A stretch of DNA of 63,929 nucleotides from an uncultured Bacilli bacterium. Its GTDB lineage: Bacteria > Bacillota_I > Bacilli_A > RF39 > UBA660. Under the pieces are notes generated by a model. It was not told the origin of the DNA. It made no database searches and saw only the letters and a program-made list of their open reading frames with translations. Made by a program: the position numbers and the translations under genes. Shown here piece after piece: positions 56,988 to 63,929 of this stretch; position 1 is the first letter of the stretch, and the number at the start of each line of letters is the position of its first letter. The DNA lies in assembly GCA_947625635.1 (NCBI GenBank), contig CANQPA010000002.1, forward strand, positions 1-63,929, given 5' to 3'.

Positions 56988-58616
56988 TTATTTTTTTTCA
57001 ATCTTAAATATTACTTGATAAATATCAGTTAAATCATATTCTTCTACATCAATTTTATATCCATACTGTTCAATTGTTTTTGAGCATTCCCTTATTGCAT
57101 TTATAACTTCCTTAAAATCTACTTTAGGAGAATTTAGTACATCTGCTTGTGGTAAAACTGGATCATATTGCTTATTATAATCTGTAACAATTATTGGATC
57201 TGGAATTTTAAATTCATTACTTTGCATTTCGTTTTTAACATCTAAGTTATTCACATTTTCACTTGGTGTTCCAAAACTAAACACACTGTCAGAATTATTT
57301 AATGAATTATTATTGAACACACCTCCTTGTGTTGGTGATTCTATTATTGGAGATATATTAGAAATTATTTGTTCTTGCTTAGTATCAGGTAATTGATCAC
57401 TTGCTTGGTTAACACCAAAACTTTCCATCGATGGTATTGATGAAGATAATGCGCCTTGATTAACGTCTTGATTTGAAATCACTTGCCCTAATGTATCTGA
57501 AGAATTAAAATTAAATGGCTCATTATTTATAGATGATTCCAAATTAGTAGATGACTGAATTGGAGATATAACTGGTTGCTCATAATTACTAGTATTAAAA
57601 GAAGGCATATCAACTTTGAATGTATCTCTACTATCTTCCATCGTATTATTAATTGGTATTGATTTTTGATTATTATTATTATCAATTGGTTGTTCAGAAG
57701 TTAACGGTGACAATTGTGGATTTATAAATCCTTGACCATTATCTATGTTATTGTTATTAGGATTTGTTTGTGAAAAAATATTAAAACCAGTTGGATTAGT
57801 AACATCCGATGGTTTAATTGAATTTTGTACTGGTGAATTTATATTAACATCTTGTACATTTTGCTGTCCACCTGTTCCAAAAATATCAAAACCTTGAGTC
57901 ATCATTTGTTGATTTTGAGGAGTGCTAGGCATTCCAAACATATTATTATCATTCATATTCATTTCCCCTTTTTCTATTATTTTTTTTGAATCTTCTGATC
58001 CAAAATCACTATTTTTTAATTTTTCGATTTCCTCATCAGTTCTTCTTACTGTTAATCGTTCTGTAATAATTCGATTTAACATTTTATTTTGTTTTTCCTC
58101 TGTATCAAGTCTTAAAAGTGATCTAGCATGTCTTTCTGATATTTTATTTTCAAGCAATGCTTCTTGAACTTCGTCTGATAGATTTAATAATCTTATTTTA
58201 TTAGCTATAGAAGATTGACTCTTACCTAATTTAGCTGCTAAACTTTCTTGAGTCGTATATCCCATATCAAGTATTTTCTTATAAGAAAGAGCTTCTTCTA
58301 TCGGAGTTAAATTTTTTCTTTGAACGTTTTCAATTAAAGCAATCTCTGCACTATCCTTATCATTTAAATTTTTTATAATTACCGGAACTGTTTCTTTTCC
58401 GGCTAACACACTTGCCTTATATCTTCTTTCACCCGCTATTATTTCATATTTATCACCTATAGTTCTAACAACAATAGGTTGAATTACTCCATGTTTTTTT
58501 ATTGAATCAGATAATTCAATTATTTCTTCCTCGTCAAACTGTATCCTAGGTTGCAATCTATTTGGCAATATGTCATTTATATCTACATCTATTACTCTAG
58601 ATGAATTATCATTCAT
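56988..58616 (-). CDS. noc: Noc-like ParB-family protein with a long low-complexity linker and an extra C-terminal domain (542 aa)
   Basis: The first ~200 aa are ParB/Noc-like (ILPNRLQPRIQFDEEEIIELSDSIKKHGVIQPIVV...YEIIAGERRYKAS...ISERHARSLL). About 250 N/Q/S/P-rich residues follow, then a ~70-aa folded-looking tail. The position between rsmG and tilS matches noc in Bacillus-type gene order. Confidence 0.75.
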   Translation of the reverse strand: MNDNSSRVIDVDINDILPNRLQPRIQFDEEEIIELSDSIKKHGVIQPIVVRTIGDKYEIIAGERRYKASVLAGKETVPVIIKNLNDKDSAEIALIENVQRKNLTPIEEALSYKKILDMGYTTQESLAAKLGKSQSSIANKIRLLNLSDEVQEALLENKISERHARSLLRLDTEEKQNKMLNRIITERLTVRRTDEEIEKLKNSDFGSEDSKKIIEKGEMNMNDNNMFGMPSTPQNQQMMTQGFDIFGTGGQQNVQDVNINSPVQNSIKPSDVTNPTGFNIFSQTNPNNNNIDNGQGFINPQLSPLTSEQPIDNNNNQKSIPINNTMEDSRDTFKVDMPSFNTSNYEQPVISPIQSSTNLESSINNEPFNFNSSDTLGQVISNQDVNQGALSSSIPSMESFGVNQASDQLPDTKQEQIISNISPIIESPTQGGVFNNNSLNNSDSVFSFGTPSENVNNLDVKNEMQSNEFKIPDPIIVTDYNKQYDPVLPQADVLNSPKVDFKEVINAIRECSKTIEQYGYKIDVEEYDLTDIYQVIFKIEKK

Positions 58617-58706
58617 AACATACCTCCTTTTTACTCCTTATAGATATTCTACAACATTTTGGAAAATAATGCAATATTTTTGGGAAATATTTTGGGAAAT
58701 AAAAAA

Positions 58707-59408
58707 TTATAAAGGTTTTCTTTTTATATCGCTATATTTCCTGGGAAATATTTTTGGGCAAATTCCCTTTTTCTTTATGTTTATTAAACTTCTATTGCTA
58801 TTTTCTATTGGTAGCTTAAATTCTATAATATTTTCTATTGAACAATTTAAAACATTTACAGCATTAGTAAAATTTGGTTCATTTAAAACATTACCTTTCA
58901 TAGCAATAAAATATTTCCCAATTTTAACTAAATTGATACCTAGTTCAAGCAATATGTTTAAAGGTGCGACTGCTCGAGCAGTTACTACATCAAATTTTTC
59001 CTTATTTTCCCTTGCATAATCTTCTATTCTTGTATGAATTGTATATATATCTTTTAATTTCAATTCTTTTATTACTTTATTTAAAAAAGTTATTCTTTTA
59101 TTTAATGAATCTATTAAAACTATTTTTAAATTAGGATAAAATATTTTTAATACAATACCTGGGAATCCAGCTCCACTGCCTAAATCACACAAACTATTTT
59201 CGTTATCTAAATTTATAATTTTTGATATTGTTAATGAGTCATAAAAATGCTTTAAATATACATCTCTTTTTTCTGTTATACTAGTAAGATTCATAATCTT
59301 ATTATATTGTATAATTAATTCATAATATTTCTCCAATTTTTCCATTTTTTCAGAGGTTACATTTATACCAAGCATTTCTACCTCAGCTATAAAATCACTT
59401 TGATTCAT
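58707..59408 (-). CDS. rsmG: 16S rRNA (guanine527-N7)-methyltransferase RsmG
   Basis: ...LCDLGSGAGFPGIVLKI...VTARAVA.... Confidence 0.93.
   Translation of the reverse strand: MNQSDFIAEVEMLGINVTSEKMEKLEKYYELIIQYNKIMNLTSITEKRDVYLKHFYDSLTISKIINLDNENSLCDLGSGAGFPGIVLKIFYPNLKIVLIDSLNKRITFLNKVIKELKLKDIYTIHTRIEDYARENKEKFDVVTARAVAPLNILLELGINLVKIGKYFIAMKGNVLNEPNFTNAVNVLNCSIENIIEFKLPIENSNRSLINIKKKGICPKIFPRKYSDIKRKPL
58735..58750. promoter_or_regulatory. Noc-binding-site-like palindrome TATTTCCTGGGAAATA
   Basis: 15 of 16 positions match the B. subtilis NBS consensus TATTTCCCGGGAAATA. It lies in the last codons of rsmG, 119 bp upstream of the noc-like start. TGGGAAAT half-sites occur at 58681-58688 and 58693-58700. 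Confidence 0.55.
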
Positions 59409-61266
59409 AAAAATACTCCTTTTTTATATATACCATAATTAATGATATATCAGCAGGATTTACTCCGCTTATTCTTATAGCTTGTCCTATAGATGTAGGT
59501 CTTATTTGTTTTAATTTTTGTTTAGCTTCACTGGCTAAATTATGAATTTTATCATAATCAATATCGTCAGGTATTTTTTTGTTATCTAAATCTACCATCT
59601 TAGATGCTTCATTTAATGCTTTTTTAATATATCCTTCATACTTAATATTTATTTCAACTTGTTCAAGTATATCTATATCGTAATCTTTATCTAAAAAACT
59701 TTTTAACTTTTCTATTTTTACTTCAGTTCTTTTTATTAAATCATATAAAGTTATACTTGAATTTATTTCTTGTAATCCTACACTAAGTAACTTTTCATTT
59801 GTTTCTTTTTTAGGTGTTAATTTAGTATTTTTTAGATATTGTGTTAATGTTTCTATACTATATTTTTTATTTAAAAATTTATCATATTTTTCCTTAGATA
59901 CCAACCCTACTTCATATCCATATTCTCTTAAACGAATATCAGCATTATCATGTCTTAAAAGCAGTCTATATTCAGCTCGTGATGTAAGTAGTCTATATGG
60001 ATCGATTATTCCTTTTGTAACTAAATCATCTATTAAAACACCTATGTATGCTTCATTTCTTTTAAGTATTAAAGGCTCTTTACCATCTAGCTTTAGTGAT
60101 GCATTAATCCCAGCCATTAACCCTTGACAAGCAGCTTCTTCATATCCACTTGTTCCATTAATTTGACCTGCTGTAAATAAATTTTCTATTACTTTTGTTT
60201 CAAGAGATTGTTTTAATTGTTTAGAATCGATTGCATCATATTCAATTGCATAAGCGTATTTGTTTATTTTAGCATTTTCAAGTCCAGGTAAACTATGTAC
60301 CATTTTCTCTTGAATATCTCTTGGCATACTTGTTGAAAATCCTTGTATATATATATCATCATAATATATACTTTCAGGCTCTAAAAATAATTGATGACGA
60401 TCTTTATCAGCAAATCTTACTATCTTATCTTCAATTGATGGACAATATCTTGGACCTACTCCTTTAATATCTTTAAGTCCACCATACATGCTTGATTTAT
60501 TTAAATTTTCTCTAATTATTTTATGAGTTTCTTCTGTTGTATAAATCAAATGACATGGTACTTGTGCATCCTTATCATAATAAACTTTATTATCAAAACT
60601 AAAAGTCCAATATCTATCGTCACCATTTTCTAATTTTGTTTTAGAAAAATCTATTGATTTTTTATCTATTCTTTGAGGAGTTCCCGTCTTAAGCCTTATT
60701 ATATTAAATCCATATTCTTTTAACTTATCACTTAAATGATTACTTGGCCTTTCTCCGTGTGGACCTTCTCTTCTCCTTGTATCTCCAATTAATATATCTG
60801 CTTTTAGATAAGTACCCGTTGTAAGTATTACTATTTTACTTTCAAGTTTAGTACCGTCTTCAAGAATAATCCCTTTTACTACATTATCATTTACTATTAA
60901 ATCTTCTACTATCGCTTCTTTTATTTCCAGATTAGAGGTACTTTTTAATGTATTTAGCATGTTTTTTGGATAAGTTATTTTATCTGCTTGAGCACGAAGA
61001 GCTTGTACTGCAGGACCTTTTGCGCTGTTTAACATTTTTATTTGAAGTAAACTTTTATCTGCATTTCTTCCCATCTCTCCACCAAGGGCATCTATTTCTC
61101 TTACAACTATTCCTTTTGCACTTCCTCCAATAGATGGATTACATGGCATATCTGCTATATTTTTTATATTACCTGTTACAAGTAAAGTTTTATGATTCGT
61201 TCTAGCACATGCTAGGCTTGCTTCACACCCCGCATGACCTCCACCTACAACAATAACATCATACAT
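59395..61266 (-). CDS. mnmG: tRNA uridine 5-carboxymethylaminomethyl modification enzyme MnmG (GidA)
   Basis: MYDVIVVGGGHAGCEA. The start at 61266 follows a GGAGGTG RBS. Confidence 0.96.
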   Translation of the reverse strand: MYDVIVVGGGHAGCEASLACARTNHKTLLVTGNIKNIADMPCNPSIGGSAKGIVVREIDALGGEMGRNADKSLLQIKMLNSAKGPAVQALRAQADKITYPKNMLNTLKSTSNLEIKEAIVEDLIVNDNVVKGIILEDGTKLESKIVILTTGTYLKADILIGDTRRREGPHGERPSNHLSDKLKEYGFNIIRLKTGTPQRIDKKSIDFSKTKLENGDDRYWTFSFDNKVYYDKDAQVPCHLIYTTEETHKIIRENLNKSSMYGGLKDIKGVGPRYCPSIEDKIVRFADKDRHQLFLEPESIYYDDIYIQGFSTSMPRDIQEKMVHSLPGLENAKINKYAYAIEYDAIDSKQLKQSLETKVIENLFTAGQINGTSGYEEAACQGLMAGINASLKLDGKEPLILKRNEAYIGVLIDDLVTKGIIDPYRLLTSRAEYRLLLRHDNADIRLREYGYEVGLVSKEKYDKFLNKKYSIETLTQYLKNTKLTPKKETNEKLLSVGLQEINSSITLYDLIKRTEVKIEKLKSFLDKDYDIDILEQVEINIKYEGYIKKALNEASKMVDLDNKKIPDDIDYDKIHNLASEAKQKLKQIRPTSIGQAIRISGVNPADISLIMVYIKKEYFYESK

Positions 61267-61298
61267 CTTCACACCTCCGTTCGCCAAACGATATTATA

Positions 61299-62648
61299 TT
61301 ATTTTCCTAGACAAAACTGGCTAAATAATTGATCTATAAGTTCATCAGAATATGTTTCTCCTATTATCTCACCTAATGTACTCCAAACACTTTTTAAATC
61401 TATCTCAACCATATCGATAGGCATATTATCTTTTATTCCATTTTTTACATCTTCTAAAGAAGATAATGATTTTTTTAGTAAGGATATACTTCTCGCACTA
61501 CTAAGATAAGTAAAATCACTTGTATTAATTTTTTCTAAGTTAAACATCTCTTTAATTTTATTTCTTAAACTATCTATACCTATATCATCTTTAATAGACA
61601 TTTCTATATAGTTATCAAGTAGTTTTAAATTTAATTTTCTATTTAAATCTATTTTATTTACAATAATTATATGGTTTTTATTCTTAATTTTCTCAAGTAT
61701 TTCTTTTTCTTCTTTATTAATATTTTCATTATTATTAAGTACATAAAGTATTAAATCTGCTTCATCTATTAAGTCTAAACTTTTTTTAACTCCTATACTC
61801 TCTACTACATCACTAGTCTTTCTAATACCTGCAGTATCTAATATATTAAGCATTATTCCATCTATTTGAACACTACCTTCAACTATATCACGAGTAGTTC
61901 CAGCAATATCAGTTACTATTGCTTTATCTTCATTAAGAAGTCTATTTAATATACTACTTTTCCCTACATTAGGACTACCTATTATAATTGTTTTAATACC
62001 TTCTTTAACTATTTTCATATCTTCTGATTTACTTAAAATATTATTTATTTCTCTTTTTATATTGTCTACATTGTCTAAAATATTTTTATTTGTTACCTCT
62101 TCTATATCTTCGTATTCTGGATAATCTATATTAACTTCTATATTAGCAAGTATTTCTATTATCTTACTTCTTAAATTTTTAATAAGTTTTGATACTTCAC
62201 CGTTTACTTCATTCATTGCTATTTTTCTAGATTTTTCTGTTTTAGCATTTATTAAATCCATAACGCCTTCTGCTTCTATTAAGTCTATTCTTCCATTTAA
62301 AAATGCTCTTTTTGTAAACTCACCTGGCTCAGCTAACCTACATCCATTTAAAAGCAATAATTCGAGTACTTTGTTTGTAATAGCAATACCACCGTGTGTA
62401 TTTATCTCTACTACATCTTCACGTGTAAATGTTTTAGGAGCTTTCATAACACTTACTAGTACTTCATCAATACAAGTATCTTTATATACAATATGCCCAT
62501 AATTAATGGTATGAGAATTTACTTTTTCTAAGTCATTATCTTTAAATATTTTATTTACTATTTTAATTGCATCACTACCACTTACCCTAATTATAGATAT
62601 CGCACCTACTCCGAGAGTAGTTGAAATTGCAGCTATTGTATCATCCAT
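61299..62648 (-). CDS. mnmE: tRNA modification GTPase MnmE (TrmE)
   Basis: MDDTIAAIST..., G-domain GSPNVGKSSILN...DTAGIR...NKIDL, and the C-terminal CLGK. An alternative upstream ATG lies at 62669. Confidence 0.95.
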   Translation of the reverse strand: MDDTIAAISTTLGVGAISIIRVSGSDAIKIVNKIFKDNDLEKVNSHTINYGHIVYKDTCIDEVLVSVMKAPKTFTREDVVEINTHGGIAITNKVLELLLLNGCRLAEPGEFTKRAFLNGRIDLIEAEGVMDLINAKTEKSRKIAMNEVNGEVSKLIKNLRSKIIEILANIEVNIDYPEYEDIEEVTNKNILDNVDNIKREINNILSKSEDMKIVKEGIKTIIIGSPNVGKSSILNRLLNEDKAIVTDIAGTTRDIVEGSVQIDGIMLNILDTAGIRKTSDVVESIGVKKSLDLIDEADLILYVLNNNENINKEEKEILEKIKNKNHIIIVNKIDLNRKLNLKLLDNYIEMSIKDDIGIDSLRNKIKEMFNLEKINTSDFTYLSSARSISLLKKSLSSLEDVKNGIKDNMPIDMVEIDLKSVWSTLGEIIGETYSDELIDQLFSQFCLGK

Positions 62649-62679
62649 AAAATCACTTCCAACGTGCATATTATATCAG

Positions 62680-62713
62680 AAAAAAAATAAAAAATATACC
62701 TAGTTTGGTATAT
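62680..62713 (-). terminator. terminator after the LRR gene
   Basis: The minus strand reads ATATACC-aaacta-GGTATAT followed by TTTTTATTTTTTTT. Confidence 0.65.
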
Positions 62714-62793
62714 TTAATTGCATCTTTTTTTATTTAATAATTAAATTTATAGATAATTCATATCATTATCTATAATTGAAAATTTTATATAGG

Positions 62794-63929
62794 TCAATTA
62801 TCATACAAAACTTCTTGAGATGCACAACCTAAAAACATGTTTAATGTATCATTTCCATCGTTTATTATCCATTTATCCCTTGATACCAATATCTTACTTA
62901 ATTTAGAACAATTAACGAACATTCTTCCCATCTTTTTCATACTCGATAAATTGAAACTTCTTAGATCTAATTCTGTTAAATTCATACAATCTTCAAACAT
63001 AGTAATCATATTGGTTACTTGTGACGTATCAAAACTTCTTAAATTTAAATTTTCTAAATTTGTACAATATTGAAACATTTCTGCCATTGATATAACACTA
63101 CTTGTATCAAAATTTTTTAAATCTAAACTAGTTAAATTTCTACAACTTGCAAATAATTTATCCATATTAATTACTTTATTTGTTACAAAATTGCTCACAT
63201 TTAATTCTGTAAGACTTTTACAACCTGCAAACATACCATTCATATACATTACTTTGTTTGTTACAAAATGACTTACATCTATTTCTGTTAAACTAGAGCA
63301 TCCCATAAACATATTTGCCATAGATTCTACTTCTGATGTATTAAAGTTACTAACGTTCAACTCTTTTAGATTAGAACAATTTTGAAACATACTGTCCATA
63401 CTAGTTACTTGTGATGTGTCAAAACGGCTTAAATCTAACTCTGTTAAACTAGAACAATTTTGAAACATACTATTCATATATTCTACTTCTGATGTATTAA
63501 AATGACTTATATCTAATTCACTTAAACTTGAACAACCTCTAAACATACTGTCCATACTAGTTACATTTGATGTATTAAAATGGCTCACATCTAATTTGAT
63601 TAAACTGGAACAGCCATAAAACATACCCTGCATAGCTATTACTTTGTTTGTTACAAAAAGGCTTACATCTACTTCTGTTAAACTTGAACAACCTCTAAAC
63701 ATACTATTCATATATTCTACTTTCGATGTATCAAAATTACTTACATCTACTTCTGTTAAACTGGAACAATTATTAAACATGCTCGCCATTGTTGTTACTT
63801 TACTTGTATCCATTAAATCAAATGTTATATCATTTAATGATTGAAAGTTGTAAAACATATTATTACTTTTAGGATTTGCTGATATTACATTTTCTGAATA
63901 TATATATACTGTTCCTTTTTCATCATAAT
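62794..63929 (-). CDS. BspA/DUF285-type leucine-rich-repeat surface protein, C-terminal part (open to the window end)
   Basis: About 13 tandem ~24-residue units of the form SMFxGCSSLTELDVSNFDTSxVxxM. The reading frame stays open upstream of the ORF-track Met (…YDEKGTVYIYSENVISANPKSNN-MFYNF). Confidence 0.85.
   Translation of the reverse strand, partial: YDEKGTVYIYSENVISANPKSNNMFYNFQSLNDITFDLMDTSKVTTMASMFNNCSSLTEVDVSNFDTSKVEYMNSMFRGCSSLTEVDVSLFVTNKVIAMQGMFYGCSSLIKLDVSHFNTSNVTSMDSMFRGCSSLSELDISHFNTSEVEYMNSMFQNCSSLTELDLSRFDTSQVTSMDSMFQNCSNLKELNVSNFNTSEVESMANMFMGCSSLTEIDVSHFVTNKVMYMNGMFAGCKSLTELNVSNFVTNKVINMDKLFASCRNLTSLDLKNFDTSSVISMAEMFQYCTNLENLNLRSFDTSQVTNMITMFEDCMNLTELDLRSFNLSSMKKMGRMFVNCSKLSKILVSRDKWIINDGNDTLNMFLGCASQEVLYDN

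Overview
AT-rich, Firmicutes-type chromosomal segment from the origin-proximal region, transcribed almost entirely on the minus strand. The conserved core is: secA-hpf-csp; the full S10-spc-alpha ribosomal cluster (rpsJ through rplQ, with secY, adk, map, infA, rpmJ and rpoA, but no rpmD); rpsF-ssb-rpsR; ychF; soj-spo0J; ddl; typA; rpmE; murA; mntP; spoIIR; rlmH; dnaB-rplI; ftsH-tilS; and noc-like/rsmG/mnmG/mnmE. Six accessory pieces are interleaved with this core. (1) Downstream of secA lies an array of small gene cassettes, bracketed by a perfect 44-bp duplication of the secA 3' end and punctuated by TGCAAAC/GTTTGCA palindromes. A KilA-N gene sits at the window edge. (2) An agr-type quorum-sensing locus (agrB, a 38-codon agrD missed by the ORF track, and a convergent LytTR regulator plus kinase) is wedged between csp and rplQ. 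(3) A roughly 4.3-kb insert between the S10 operon and rpsF-ssb-rpsR carries two tandem RpoD-like sigma genes, a divergent 95-codon ORF, and a 530-aa protein that joins a prepilin-type N-terminus to an FGE-sulfatase-like C-terminal domain. A paralogue of that protein lies on the far side of rpsF-ssb-rpsR and ychF, and its promoter spacer contains a G10 tract. I rank this as the best candidate for an undescribed system. (4) A double-length Noc-like ParB protein has a near-consensus Noc-binding palindrome just upstream. (5) A 513-aa orphan sits upstream of rplI. (6) A BspA/DUF285 leucine-rich-repeat protein sits next to mnmE. I saw no tRNA, rRNA, CRISPR array, transposase or integrase. All protein family calls rest on motifs read by eye, not on database searches.
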